64,000 nt of DNA from Candidatus Udaeobacter sp. GTDB lineage: Bacteria; Patescibacteriota; Patescibacteriia; Magasanikbacterales; GWA2-37-8. Position numbers and translations under genes: made by a program. Below the pieces are notes generated by a model that saw only the letters and a list, made by a program, of their open reading frames with translations, did not search any database and was not told where the DNA came from. The stretch is from the NCBI GenBank assembly GCA_035473115.1, contig DATION010000002.1, forward strand, positions 9,469 to 73,468, read 5' to 3'. Shown piece by piece: positions 9,676 to 19,752 of this stretch; within the stretch, counting starts at the first letter, position 1; each line of letters begins with the position of its first letter.

Positions 9676-9704
9676 TTGACAAATACCTCAAAACGTGGTA
9701 GTAT
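9676..9704 (+). promoter_or_regulatory. sigma70 promoter of orphan lipoprotein pair
   Basis: TTGACA-17bp-TAGTAT with upstream TG. Confidence 0.65.
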
Positions 9705-9766
9705 GGCGACTTGAGGCCTAGGAGTTGTTCCAAGAGGCTTCATAACTTGTTTTCGGAGGTTTTCCA

Positions 9767-10099
9767 ATGCAAAGTATCGCGATTCTTATCGCTCTCTGGC
9801 TCATCAGCTGTGTTGGCTGTGGCGCTGCTATTCAGACGCCAAAGGTCAAGAGGGATTTTATCGAGACACCCGGCGTGGTCGCTTTCGAGATCAAGCGTCC
9901 AAACGAGAGTGGTCAGCTCGTTCATCTGATCGGTCGTCGGTTCACTGATCCGGTGACTGTGGTCAGAGGCCCGTGCCATTTTGGCCCAGATTGTTTCACT
10001 TGGCCAGATCCACAGGAAGGAATGCAGACAGTCCAGGTTCTGGACCACTGGGAAGTCATTCTTACAGAAGAAACAACAGTTACAGTCGTCAACAACTGA
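9767..10099 (+). CDS. Hypothetical lipoprotein
   Basis: Hydrophobic N-terminus with lipobox-like VGC; SD GGAGG; GC-richer than the backbone. Confidence 0.7.
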   Translation: MQSIAILIALWLISCVGCGAAIQTPKVKRDFIETPGVVAFEIKRPNESGQLVHLIGRRFTDPVTVVRGPCHFGPDCFTWPDPQEGMQTVQVLDHWEVILTEETTVTVVNN

Positions 10100-10132
10100 A
10101 GCTTCGCCAATTCCAGACAAGGAGAGTTTCCA

Positions 10133-10687
10133 ATGAAGTATTACATTATTGTTGCGATCGCTTTCATTGCCTTCGGCTGTGCTTCCACAGTACAGCAACC
10201 TGCGATGAAGAACAACACAGTTCCGATGGTCATGGGTGCGAATGCTCAGGTCGTTCAGCCAGTAACCGGAGCAGCTCCCAGGGCTGGCCAAGAGGTAATG
10301 GACATGGAGTTGGAGTTTCCAAAAACTCCCAAGAATTTGACGATCAAGGAAGTCCAGGCTGAACTCGGGTCATACACGGCGACGACCAATGGTTGCTATC
10401 TCAAGTATGTTCGCGATGTTCGTCGCGCCACATATATGGATCTGGCAATCGTGGTAGGTTGGAACGGTTATCCTGTTTCAATTAATGTAGTTGCTCCCGG
10501 GCTATCAGCTACAACCGAGAAGAAGATCGAGAGCTGTGTGCGGGATGAGATAGGTTCGTTGCTCCACTTTCCCGAGCGCCGTTTCGATACGACTGCGGTA
10601 ATACGGTACGAATTCCAGCATACCTACACAGAAACGCCTGGCGGCGGCCCACAGCTGAGCTGCTACAACCCGAACGGCTGCCACTAG
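10133..10687 (+). CDS. Lipoprotein with TonB-C/AgmX-PglI-like C-terminal domain
   Basis: Signal MKYYIIVAIAFIAFG|C; CY...beta-beta...IESCV..I..L.FP....V.RYEF pattern; SD AAGGAG. Confidence 0.65.
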   Translation: MKYYIIVAIAFIAFGCASTVQQPAMKNNTVPMVMGANAQVVQPVTGAAPRAGQEVMDMELEFPKTPKNLTIKEVQAELGSYTATTNGCYLKYVRDVRRATYMDLAIVVGWNGYPVSINVVAPGLSATTEKKIESCVRDEIGSLLHFPERRFDTTAVIRYEFQHTYTETPGGGPQLSCYNPNGCH

Positions 10688-10784
10688 GCGGCCCAGCAAG
10701 ATGTCGTGGCCGACAATCGTCGGCCCGCGGCTCGAAGAGAAGTCAAGGACTCCACCCGGGGTCCTGTTGTATTTTATAAGGTTC

Positions 10785-10838
10785 TTGACTTGGTTTTTAA
10801 GACATGATATATTATCACTCATAAGGTTTGAGTGATAA
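10785..10838 (+). promoter_or_regulatory. sigma70 promoter plus variant CIRCE operator
   Basis: TTGACT-17bp-TATATT with TG extension; TTATCACTC-N9-GAGTGATAA at 10812-10838, directly upstream of hrcA-grpE-dnaK. Confidence 0.9.
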
Positions 10839-10917
10839 TTGCTAAGGTCGAGTCAGATATATGCTTGCATATATCTGTGAGGCCTGACGCAATTACAAAG
10901 CTTTGCTTCTAACTTAT

Positions 10918-11598
10918 ATGAATATTCGCGGAGAAAAAATTTTAAATTTAGTTATTGAAAACTATATAGCCAATGCCGAACCGGTAGGCTCTAAATTTTT
11001 GGTTTCCGCAGCTGGTTTGGATCTTAGCGAAGCTACAGTCCGTAATGAACTGCGTGCTTTGGAAGAGGAAGGTTATCTTACTCATCCGCATACTTCGGCA
11101 GGACGAATTCCCACCGAAAAAGGTTATAAGCACTATATTAAAAATTTAAATTTAGCCAAGAGTAATATTTCCAAAAATGACAGCAAAGTCTTGGTGAATT
11201 CTTTGGATAAAACTAGTGACCATGACTTAGATATAAAAAGCTTAGCCAAAACAATGGTGGAACTATCTAATGAAACAGTAATTATTGCTTTTTCTCCAGA
11301 AAATATATATTATACCGGTCTGACCAATCTTTTTAATAAACCAGAGTTTGATGAGCGCAGTGTGGCGGCGGAAATTTTTGAAGTTTTTGATAATTGTGAA
11401 GACTCAATGGAAGATTTTTTTGCTAAAGTAGAAGATAATCCGAAATATTTTTTTGGCAATGAACATCCGTTTGGTGAAATGGTCAGTGTCCTATCCATGC
11501 GCTTTGGCAAAGAAGGTTTGGTGGCTATTTTGGGTCCGCAGCGAATGGATTATAAATACAATTTTGGTTTAATGAAAAAATTGTTAGAATTGATTTAG
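10918..11598 (+). CDS. hrcA: Heat-inducible transcription repressor HrcA (shortened)
   Basis: EPVGSK, LSEATVRNEL, HPHTSAGRIPTEKGY, ILGPQRMDY; ATG 10918. Confidence 0.93.
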   Translation: MNIRGEKILNLVIENYIANAEPVGSKFLVSAAGLDLSEATVRNELRALEEEGYLTHPHTSAGRIPTEKGYKHYIKNLNLAKSNISKNDSKVLVNSLDKTSDHDLDIKSLAKTMVELSNETVIIAFSPENIYYTGLTNLFNKPEFDERSVAAEIFEVFDNCEDSMEDFFAKVEDNPKYFFGNEHPFGEMVSVLSMRFGKEGLVAILGPQRMDYKYNFGLMKKLLELI

Positions 11599-11605
11599 AA
11601 TTATT

Positions 11606-11698
11606 AGTAAATATTATTATTTTTTTGCTGCAGGTGCGCACGCCCGCAAAGGCTGCAAGCACGCAAGCGGCTTCGCTGCAAAAATAATAATATTTACT
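11606..11698 (+). repeat. Family-1 dispersed element (copy B, divergent core)
   Basis: 19-bp perfect arms agtaaatattattattttt / aaaaataataatatttact around a 55-nt GC-rich core containing cgcac..ccgca.agg..ctgcaag. Confidence 0.75.
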
Positions 11699-11710
11699 TA
11701 AATTATTTAT

Positions 11711-12232
11711 ATGACAGATGAAGAAAAAAATAAAGAAGATTTGCCAAATGAAGCAGGTGGCATTCCAAGTGAATTAGATTTAGCTCAAGCGCAAGCTGAA
11801 GAATATAAAACTAATTGGCAGCGAGCTTTGGCTGATTATCGTAATTTGCAAAAAGAAACCGCTGCTATGCGTTCGCAATGGGCGCAGATGAGTGAAGAAC
11901 AGATTTTGCAGAATTTTATTCCGGTTTACGAAAATTTTAAAAAAGCATTTAGCGCCAATTTGTCCGCAACCGGCGGTGATAGCGAAAAACAGTGGCAAAA
12001 CTGGAAGCAGGGAATAGAATATATCATGAAGCAATTTGGCGATGTGTTGAAGTCTTATAATGTTCAAGAAATTAAAACTACTGACGAAAAGTTTGATCCG
12101 CGGATGCATGAAGCGATTAGCGAAGAACAGGTGGATGGTAAAGAAGCCGGAATTATTTTAAGAGAAGTTGAAGGTGGATATAAAATGGGTGATAAAATAA
12201 TAAAACCAGCGCGAGTTATTATTAGTAAATAA
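11711..12232 (+). CDS. grpE: Nucleotide exchange factor GrpE
   Basis: RALADYRN, FDPRMHEA, GY..GDKIIKPARV; operon context. Confidence 0.95.
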   Translation: MTDEEKNKEDLPNEAGGIPSELDLAQAQAEEYKTNWQRALADYRNLQKETAAMRSQWAQMSEEQILQNFIPVYENFKKAFSANLSATGGDSEKQWQNWKQGIEYIMKQFGDVLKSYNVQEIKTTDEKFDPRMHEAISEEQVDGKEAGIILREVEGGYKMGDKIIKPARVIISK

Positions 12233-12240
12233 GTTTATTT

Positions 12241-12894
12241 ATGAGAAGAGGAGAAACAGGAGATTTTCCTAAACCTAATGAAAAAAAACTAGATCGTGCT
12301 GCCACGGACTCTTTGCTTGATGATCGGGCTAAAACTGAGGATCATTTTGCTAATGATGCTGTTGAGCCGCCTGTTATTCTTGCTACTCAACATAACGAGG
12401 ATAGTAGTACGTTAGGTAGTGTAACAGAGGCTGCTGGCATTATTGAAGAAGCTGAAGAAGTTAATTTTCCAACTGGAAATGATACAGACGATGATCAGAA
12501 TTTTAGAGACCCAGAGGATGATGTTGAGATAAACAAATTTGGCATGGAAAATTTAAGAAAGTTAAGAACAGTAGATGAGGGCGATAGTTTTGACATGGAA
12601 AAGTTTCTTAGAACAAGAGCTTTAAAAAATAAATTAGGTTTATCACTTCCTTTGTTTGAAGTAGATAATAGAAATCCAAAATATGAAAAGGTTTTGAGAG
12701 CTGCTGAGAAGATAGTGGCTAAAAGTGATTCGAGTAAAATGCTTGTTCATATCATGCAGCGTTTGGTAGTTCATCCTACAGTTTTACGTCGTTTATTAGA
12801 AAAATATATAATAGAAAAAAAGACCGCTGAAGATAATTATATAAAAGTAAGAGACGCTTTAGCTGAATTGGATGGAACCAAACAAGGTGAATAA
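12241..12894 (+). CDS. Hypothetical acidic protein inside the dnaK operon
   Basis: 217-aa ORF tightly spaced between grpE and dnaK; acidic disordered N-half and helical C-half. Confidence 0.7.
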   Translation: MRRGETGDFPKPNEKKLDRAATDSLLDDRAKTEDHFANDAVEPPVILATQHNEDSSTLGSVTEAAGIIEEAEEVNFPTGNDTDDDQNFRDPEDDVEINKFGMENLRKLRTVDEGDSFDMEKFLRTRALKNKLGLSLPLFEVDNRNPKYEKVLRAAEKIVAKSDSSKMLVHIMQRLVVHPTVLRRLLEKYIIEKKTAEDNYIKVRDALAELDGTKQGE

Positions 12895-12927
12895 TTTTAA
12901 ATATAAAATTTTAATTAAATAAATCAT

Positions 12928-14829
12928 ATGTCTAAAGTTCTTGGAATCGACTTAGGTACAACCAATTCCTGCATGGCCATCATTGAAGGCGGCCAGCCAA
13001 AAGTAATTGAAAACAAAGAAGGCGCCCGCACCACTCCTTCTATTGTGGCTGTTTCCAAAACCGGTGAACGTCTGGTCGGTCAATTAGCCAAGCGTCAATC
13101 AATCACTAATCCACAAAATACTTTATACTCGGTTAAGCGTTTAATTGGTCGCCGTTTTGAAGACGCCGAAGTTAAGCGTGATTTGTCTCTTTTACCATAC
13201 AAAATAGTTAAGAGCGGTGATGCCGTAAAAATAGAGATGCAAGGCAAAGAATATACTCCGCAAGAAATTTCGGCCATGGTATTGCAGAAAATGAAAACCG
13301 ACGCTGAAGAAAAATTAGGCGAAAAAATTACGGAAGCGGTCATTACCGTGCCGGCTTATTTTGATGACGCGCAGCGCCAAGCCACCAAAGATGCTGGAAC
13401 AATTGCTGGTTTAAATGTTTTGCGTATTATTAACGAACCAACTGCCGCTGCTTTGGCCTATGGTTTTGATAAAAAGAAGGATCAAAAAATTGCAGTTTAC
13501 GATTTGGGCGGCGGAACTTTTGATATCTCTATTTTGGAAGTCAGCGCCGATACTGTGCAAGTTTTATCCACCAACGGCGATACTCATCTTGGCGGTGATG
13601 ATTTTGATCAGGTTATAATTTCTTGGATCTTAGAAGAGTTTAAACGCGACCAAGGTTTGGATTTGAGCAAAGATCCTTTGGCTCTGCAGCGCATAAAAGA
13701 AGCGGCAGAAAAAGCCAAAATAGAATTATCTACTGCTCAAGAAACCGAAATCAATCAGCCGTTTATTACTTCCGATTCTACCGGGCCAAAACATTTGGTA
13801 ATGAAATTAACTAGAGCTAAATTGGAAGAATTAGTGGGCGATTTAGTTGATAAAAGTATGATTCCGGTACGCAAAGCCTTGGAAGACGCCAAGCTTTCGG
13901 CTAGTGACTTAAACGAAGTAGTAATGGTCGGCGGTATGACTCGTATGCCGCTGGTATTGCAGACTGTAGAAAAATTCTTTGGTAAAAAACCAAATATCAG
14001 TGTTAATCCGGATGAAGTTGTAGCTGTTGGCGCAGCCGTACAAGCTGGTGTCTTAAAAGGTGAAGTACATGATGTATTATTACTCGATGTTATCCCGCTA
14101 TCTTTTGGTTTGGAAACTATGGGGGGTGTGATGACCAAACTGATTGAACGCAACACTACTATTCCAACTTCCAAGAGTCAAGTATTTTCTACTGCCGCTG
14201 ACAATCAACCGGCTGTAGAAATTAATGTTTTGCAAGGTGAGCGTCCAATGGCTGCCGACAATAAAAATTTGGGCAGATTTATTTTGGATGGCATTCCGCC
14301 AGCTCCGCGCGGTGTGCCTCAAGTAGAAGTTACTTTTGATATTGATGCCAACGGTATTTTAAATGTTAAAGCCAAAGACAAGGCTACTAACAAAGAACAG
14401 TCGATTCGCATTGAAGCTTCAACCGGTTTATCCAAAGAAGAAGTGGAAAAAATGAAAAAAGACGCGGAGTCTCACGCTGAAGAAGATAAGAAAAAACAAG
14501 AACTGATTGAAACAAAAAATTTGGCTGATACCATGGTTTATACTACCGAAAAAATGATGAAAGAAGTTGAAGAAAAGAAAGTTGATGTTAGCGAAGATGA
14601 AAAAAATAAAGTAAATGAAGCTCTAAAAGTTTTGAAAGAAGTAAAAGATAAAGATGATGTTGAGGCGATTAAAAAAGCTTCGGAAGAATTATCTAAAGTC
14701 GCTCAAGTTGTCGGTACCAAGATGTATCAACAACAGCAGACAGCCGGTCAGCCAGGAGCAGAAAAAAAAGATGAAAAAGGAAACGAAGGTCCGATAGAGG
14801 GTGAAGTTGTTGATGAGCAAAATAAATAA
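12928..14829 (+). CDS. dnaK: Chaperone DnaK (Hsp70)
   Basis: [34 protein letters not shown]. Confidence 0.99.
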   Translation: MSKVLGIDLGTTNSCMAIIEGGQPKVIENKEGARTTPSIVAVSKTGERLVGQLAKRQSITNPQNTLYSVKRLIGRRFEDAEVKRDLSLLPYKIVKSGDAVKIEMQGKEYTPQEISAMVLQKMKTDAEEKLGEKITEAVITVPAYFDDAQRQATKDAGTIAGLNVLRIINEPTAAALAYGFDKKKDQKIAVYDLGGGTFDISILEVSADTVQVLSTNGDTHLGGDDFDQVIISWILEEFKRDQGLDLSKDPLALQRIKEAAEKAKIELSTAQETEINQPFITSDSTGPKHLVMKLTRAKLEELVGDLVDKSMIPVRKALEDAKLSASDLNEVVMVGGMTRMPLVLQTVEKFFGKKPNISVNPDEVVAVGAAVQAGVLKGEVHDVLLLDVIPLSFGLETMGGVMTKLIERNTTIPTSKSQVFSTAADNQPAVEINVLQGERPMAADNKNLGRFILDGIPPAPRGVPQVEVTFDIDANGILNVKAKDKATNKEQSIRIEASTGLSKEEVEKMKKDAESHAEEDKKKQELIETKNLADTMVYTTEKMMKEVEEKKVDVSEDEKNKVNEALKVLKEVKDKDDVEAIKKASEELSKVAQVVGTKMYQQQQTAGQPGAEKKDEKGNEGPIEGEVVDEQNK

Positions 14830-14876
14830 TTGTCCGGATTTATTTGGATGATGATTTTATTTAATAAAAATTTACT

Positions 14877-15319
14877 ATGGAAAAATTTGCTATCGAAGCT
14901 GAAAAAATAGGCGAGTTAGAAAATTTTCGCCGAGAAATTAGGAAAATTAAAGCCAGATTGGTTGATGATAAAAGAAAAGCTGGAAATGACGAGTATGATG
15001 CTACTTTGGCTGAAGTTGACGTCGATAAGTTGGGAGAAACAGAAATGAAGATCTGGCAAGAGTATAAAGATGTTTTTGCCAAGGTGTATAGTAGTTTTGA
15101 TGATACTAGTGATGCCTGGAAAAACGTGCAAGAGCAAAATGTTAATCCCTTAGTTAAAAATATTAAAAAATTCTAGATGGAGCAAATAATGGTACATTGA
15201 GCAATGAAATCGCCCAGTTTTACGGTTGGTTGAATAATCATATTATGCCTTTAATGTACCAGCTAAAGGGACTATTGGATAAAGAAAAAATTGATGTGTT
15301 TGGAGAAGCTAAAGGTTAA
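14877..15319 (+). pseudogene. Hypothetical protein apparently split by a -1 frameshift at an A6 run
   Basis: ORF stops at 15176; adding one A at 15165-15170 gives an open frame (KILDGANNGTLSNEIAQFYGWLNN...) to TAA 15319, 16 bp before dnaJ. Confidence 0.6.
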
Positions 15320-15335
15320 TTTCATAAATTATAAA

Positions 15336-16427
15336 ATGTCCAAAGACTATTATAAAATTCTTGGCGTAGATAAAAATGCTTCTGTCGATGATATTAAAAA
15401 GGCTTTTAAAAAAGCTGCTATGCAGCATCATCCGGATCGTCCGGGTGGAGATGAGGCTAAATTCAAAGAAGTAAATGAAGCTTACCAAGTTTTAAACGAT
15501 AAAGAAAAGCGCCAACGCTATGACCAGTTTGGCTCTGATTTTGAACAGCAAGGCGGATTCAGCGGTGGAATGAATTGGGAAGATGTTATGCGTCAAGCCA
15601 GAGGCCAAGGTGGTCAGAGCCAAGGTTTTGGTTTTGATTTTGGCGATCTGGGAGATGTTTTTGGCGATATGTTCGGCGGTGGCCGGCAGAGTCGTGGTCC
15701 GGCCAGAGGCAGAGATATTCAGGTAGATGTGGAGATTGATTTTAAGGAAGCTGCATTTGGGGTAGAGCGTGATTTGTCACTGCGTAAACAAGATCAATGC
15801 GATGTTTGTCATGGCACTGGCGGTGAACCAGGCAGTAAAATGGAAAAATGTTCAACCTGTAAAGGGCAAGGGCAGATAGTCCAAACCCAGCGGACATTTT
15901 TGGGTAATATGCAATCAGTAACAACTTGCCCGGATTGTCATGGACGCAAAGAAAAACCGAGCAAGAAATGCAAGCATTGTGGTGGTGATGGTGTTTTATC
16001 CAAAACTTCCAATATAAAAGTAAAAATCCCAGCCGGTATAGACGACGGGCAATCAATTCGCTTAGAAGGCTATGGTGAAGCTGCTGCTCATGGCGGAGGC
16101 AAAGGAGATCTGTATGTGCGGGTTCGTGTTAAAACCTTAAAAGGTTTTGAGCGCGATGGTTTTGATGTTTACTCCGAAAAAGAGATTAGTTTCCCTCAGG
16201 CAGTTTTGGGTGATCATATTGATGTAGAAACTTTGGACGGAGCAGTTAAGATTTCTGTGCCGGAAGGTACGGAATCCGGCCAGTTGATCAGAATTAAAGG
16301 CAAAGGAATTCAACATCTGGGCAGAAGCAGCCGAGGTGATCATTATTTTAAGATAAGAATAAGAGTACCTAAAAAAATAAATAAAGAAACCAGGAAAAAA
16401 TTAGAAGATTTAAAGAAAGATTTATAG
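15336..16427 (+). CDS. dnaJ: Chaperone DnaJ
   Basis: DYYKILGV, HPD, G/F region, four CxxCxGxG-type repeats; ATG 15336. Confidence 0.98.
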   Translation: MSKDYYKILGVDKNASVDDIKKAFKKAAMQHHPDRPGGDEAKFKEVNEAYQVLNDKEKRQRYDQFGSDFEQQGGFSGGMNWEDVMRQARGQGGQSQGFGFDFGDLGDVFGDMFGGGRQSRGPARGRDIQVDVEIDFKEAAFGVERDLSLRKQDQCDVCHGTGGEPGSKMEKCSTCKGQGQIVQTQRTFLGNMQSVTTCPDCHGRKEKPSKKCKHCGGDGVLSKTSNIKVKIPAGIDDGQSIRLEGYGEAAAHGGGKGDLYVRVRVKTLKGFERDGFDVYSEKEISFPQAVLGDHIDVETLDGAVKISVPEGTESGQLIRIKGKGIQHLGRSSRGDHYFKIRIRVPKKINKETRKKLEDLKKDL

Positions 16428-16434
16428 TTTATAA

Positions 16435-16529
16435 AAAATAAATAACATAAATTTTTTACGCCCAAACTCTCCTTGCAGTCGGCCTCTGCGGAGGTGCGAT
16501 GGTCGTAATAAATTTATGTTATTTATTTT
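16435..16529 (-). repeat. Family-1 dispersed element (copy C)
   Basis: 20-bp perfect arms aaaataaataacataaattt / aaatttatgttatttatttt; 55-nt core reads tacgaccatcgcacctccgcagaggccgactgcaaggagagtttgggcgta on the minus strand. Confidence 0.88.
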
Positions 16530-16534
16530 AGCGT

Positions 16535-16936
16535 TTATCTTCTATTGTCAAGTATTTTATTTACCCAATGATCCGCTTCTTGATTTTTGGCGCGCAGCAC
16601 ATGGCGGAAAGAAACTTTTTTAAAAGCACTGGTTAAATTAAAAGCTTGGATGAAAAGTTTTTGCAGAGTTGGTTCTTTTACCTTGTACTGTCTGTTCATC
16701 TGTTTGGTTACCAGTTCGCTGTCTAAGATACATTCGACTTCGGTAGCTCCTAATTCTTTGGCTTTTTTTAACGCAGAAATCAAAGCTGAATATTCAGCAT
16801 AATTATTAGTTTGTTCGCCAAGATATTCTCCGTAGCCGGCTATTGTTTTACCGGTTGCGTCTTTTATAATTATGCCCGCGGCCGCTGGGCCTGGGTTGCC
16901 GCGCGCGCCACCATCAGTATAAGTAGTGAGTTTCAT
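16535..16936 (-). CDS. rnhA: Ribonuclease HI family protein
   Basis: YTDGGARGNPGPA, TNNYAEY, DSELV, N.EAD. Confidence 0.93.
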   Translation of the reverse strand: MKLTTYTDGGARGNPGPAAAGIIIKDATGKTIAGYGEYLGEQTNNYAEYSALISALKKAKELGATEVECILDSELVTKQMNRQYKVKEPTLQKLFIQAFNLTSAFKKVSFRHVLRAKNQEADHWVNKILDNRR

Positions 16937-16945
16937 GATAAATAA

Positions 16946-18316
16946 TTAATAATTTAGCTTCCAGATCCCGTCTTTATTTTTATCAGTAAAGTATAGTATT
17001 TTATTTATCGTGTCAGCCGCCACATTAGTAATTTTTTCAGTCAGCAAATCATGCGTTACCAGATAATAAGGGAAAAGCACATTGGTTTTTTCCGCCCAAA
17101 CTAAAGCCAGAGTGTTGTATTGGTCTAAAGGCAAAACTTCCTGTAAATGTTCACCGGAGCGATTGAGCAGGTTTGGTTCCGAGCCTTCACTGTAAGTCCA
17201 TATTTCTAGGGGCGACCAAATTAGCCACCAGTTATTATAACGGGAAATCAAAAATTTATCAGCCGCTATTTTATATTTAGCAGAATTTGTCAGTAAAATT
17301 ATTTGCGAATTTTTACTGTTTTGTAAAAGCAGAGTGTTTTGACGCGCCGCTACAATGCGCAGATTTTCTTTTTCGGTTTGGCCGGTTGCTAAGTTTATAT
17401 CGGTGGAATCTAGCTGGTTAAATACCGAACTAAAACCAAGAGTATTTCTGATCACAGAATATTGTTTGGTAGAACTGTCCATCTGCATAGTCCATAGCTG
17501 TCCGTTTTCCATATACCAATCAAGGTAGGTATTTTTACTTACCGATGAGTCGTTATTAGTAATAGGGGAGTATAGGTTGATATTTTCTTTGTCGCTATAA
17601 TACAGTTGCGGTTCGGTAGAATTTTCCCACTCAAATTTATTTATAAATGGATTATTTTTGGCAATGTTTATCTGTTCTGTACTAGCGGGGTTAATAATTA
17701 TTAAGTTAGAGTATGGCGGGGTTAAATCAGAAACTATCGCGTAATCATTTTTTTCAGCCCAAAGTATTTTTACTGGTTCTGTTTTATTCAAGTTGTAAAC
17801 CTTTTTAGTTTGTTGAGTAGTATTATCCCAAAGCCAGATTTCAGTGGATTGTCCTTTGTTTTGAACGCTATAAATTATAAAACGGCCGTCGTAAGATATA
17901 GCCAAGTTATCTATTTTTGCATTGATCAAATTTTCCGGTTTATTTTTTTGTATTAGACTGATTTCTTTTATGTAATTAGTCTGATTTTCTTTTACGTCAA
18001 TCTCTTTTGACCAATCAAAATAATTTGGAGCGGTAATGCGTAAACTGTATTTGTTCTGTGCGATATTATTTAAACGGATAGGCATCTTGTCTTTTAGCTT
18101 TATGCCATTTAAAAAAACGGTAGCATTTTTTGGCTGGACATCAATACTGATAGCTCCGGTTTTTTTTAAAGGTCCGTTTTTTAAATTTTTCCAGTCCAAA
18201 TGGTAGCCGGCAGTGTACATTATTACCAGCGGCGCAATTATAAAAAAAGCGACAATAAATGTAGTTAGTATTATCAGGCGAACTTTGTGAGTCAGCTTGG
18301 TGTTTGGGTATTCCAT
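16946..18316 (-). CDS. Membrane-anchored PEGA-domain protein with beta-propeller-like C-terminus
   Basis: N-terminal TM, TGAISIDVQPKNATVFLNG PEGA pattern. Confidence 0.75.
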   Translation of the reverse strand: MEYPNTKLTHKVRLIILTTFIVAFFIIAPLVIMYTAGYHLDWKNLKNGPLKKTGAISIDVQPKNATVFLNGIKLKDKMPIRLNNIAQNKYSLRITAPNYFDWSKEIDVKENQTNYIKEISLIQKNKPENLINAKIDNLAISYDGRFIIYSVQNKGQSTEIWLWDNTTQQTKKVYNLNKTEPVKILWAEKNDYAIVSDLTPPYSNLIIINPASTEQINIAKNNPFINKFEWENSTEPQLYYSDKENINLYSPITNNDSSVSKNTYLDWYMENGQLWTMQMDSSTKQYSVIRNTLGFSSVFNQLDSTDINLATGQTEKENLRIVAARQNTLLLQNSKNSQIILLTNSAKYKIAADKFLISRYNNWWLIWSPLEIWTYSEGSEPNLLNRSGEHLQEVLPLDQYNTLALVWAEKTNVLFPYYLVTHDLLTEKITNVAADTINKILYFTDKNKDGIWKLNY

Positions 18317-18448
18317 GTTAAGTTTACGAGGAATTAGAGCAAAGTACCGGCCTTTGACTTAGAGTTAATTTTGTAATATACTTATTGTAATTATATCCTA
18401 ATATACTAGCTAAAAAATTGGCTTTAGTCAAAGCATGAAGACCGATTT

Positions 18449-19747
18449 ATGTCATATCTAATAATCAATGGAGGCAAAAAATTACACGGCGAAATAACTA
18501 ATCAGTCAGCCAAGAATTCGGCTGTCTCAATTTTGTGCGCTTCTTTGATGATCAAAGGCAAAACAATTTTATCCGATGTGCCGCAAATTGAAGAAGTGAG
18601 TCGTATTTTGGAGTTGCTAACGAGCTTGGGAGTAAAAATAGAAAAATTAGGTCCTGGAAAAATAAGCTTGGATAGTTCTGCTGGTTTAAAATTTGATAAT
18701 ATCGACAAACACGCTTCCGAAGTGACCAGATCATCTTTGCTTTTACTAGGAGCTCTGGCTTCTCACAAGACTACTTATAAACTTTATAAATCCGGCGGCT
18801 GCCGTTTGGGAGAAAGAACTGTCCGGCCTCATTTATACGCTTTGGAAAGTTTTGGTGTTAGCGTAGTTTCCAAACAGCATTTTTATGAAGTTAAAAATAG
18901 TCAGCTCCGTTCCTCAGAAATAGTAATGTATGAATCCGGAGATACTCCAACTGAAAATGCAATTATGGCGGCAGTACTTGCTCCGGGCAAAAGTATTATC
19001 AGAATGGCCTCGGCAAATTATATGGTGCAAGATCTATGTTATTTTTTATGCCAAGCTGGCGCTAAAATTGAAGGCATTGGCACCACTACACTTGTTATAG
19101 AAGGAGTAAAAGAGTTGAAGCCAGTAAAAAATTATTCCATAATGCCAGACCCAATCGCCGCCATGACTTTTGTATCAGCCGCTATAGTTACCGGTTCTCA
19201 CTTAACTGTTAAAAATTGTCCATTGGATTTTTTGGATTTGGAATTGTGCAAGCTAGAAAAAATGGGGCAAAAATTACAGGTAAAAAACAAACATTTGCGC
19301 GGTAATTTTCGCATGGCTGATATAGAAATCTGGCCGTCTGCTTTAAAAGCTTTGCCTGATAAAATTTACGGACGGCCTTTCCCCGGTTTAAATATAGACA
19401 ATCTGCCATTGTTTGTCCCTATTTTGGCCAAAGCCAAAGGCAGAACTTTGGTCCATGACTGGGCTTATGAAAACAGAGCGGTATATAATTTGGAATTACA
19501 AAAATTGGGAGCAAATATTACTTTAGTTGATTTGCATAGAACTTGGGTAGAAGGCCCGACTAAATTTAAAGCCAATGAAGTAGTCGCGCCGCCAGCTTTG
19601 CGTCCGGCCGTAAATATTTTGCTGGTAATGCTGGCTGCCAAAGGCAAATCAATTTTACGTAATACTTATGTAATTGATCGCGGCTACGAAAAATTGTATG
19701 ATATATTTAATAAAGCCGGTGCGGATATTAAAATAATTAGCGAATAA
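18449..19747 (+). CDS. murA: UDP-N-acetylglucosamine 1-carboxyvinyltransferase
   Basis: GG.KLHGEI, AKNS, GGCRLGER, TENAIMAAV, ENR, IDRGYE. Confidence 0.9.
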   Translation: MSYLIINGGKKLHGEITNQSAKNSAVSILCASLMIKGKTILSDVPQIEEVSRILELLTSLGVKIEKLGPGKISLDSSAGLKFDNIDKHASEVTRSSLLLLGALASHKTTYKLYKSGGCRLGERTVRPHLYALESFGVSVVSKQHFYEVKNSQLRSSEIVMYESGDTPTENAIMAAVLAPGKSIIRMASANYMVQDLCYFLCQAGAKIEGIGTTTLVIEGVKELKPVKNYSIMPDPIAAMTFVSAAIVTGSHLTVKNCPLDFLDLELCKLEKMGQKLQVKNKHLRGNFRMADIEIWPSALKALPDKIYGRPFPGLNIDNLPLFVPILAKAKGRTLVHDWAYENRAVYNLELQKLGANITLVDLHRTWVEGPTKFKANEVVAPPALRPAVNILLVMLAAKGKSILRNTYVIDRGYEKLYDIFNKAGADIKIISE

Positions 19748-19752
19748 ATTTT

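Noticed and set aside
9740-10291. 183-aa minus-strand ORF
   Set aside because: It overlaps two plus-strand lipoprotein genes that have SDs and signal peptides.
11962-11977. tccgcaaccggcggt in grpE (SATGG) as another coding mini-palindrome
   Set aside because: Too short and imperfect to support from one copy.
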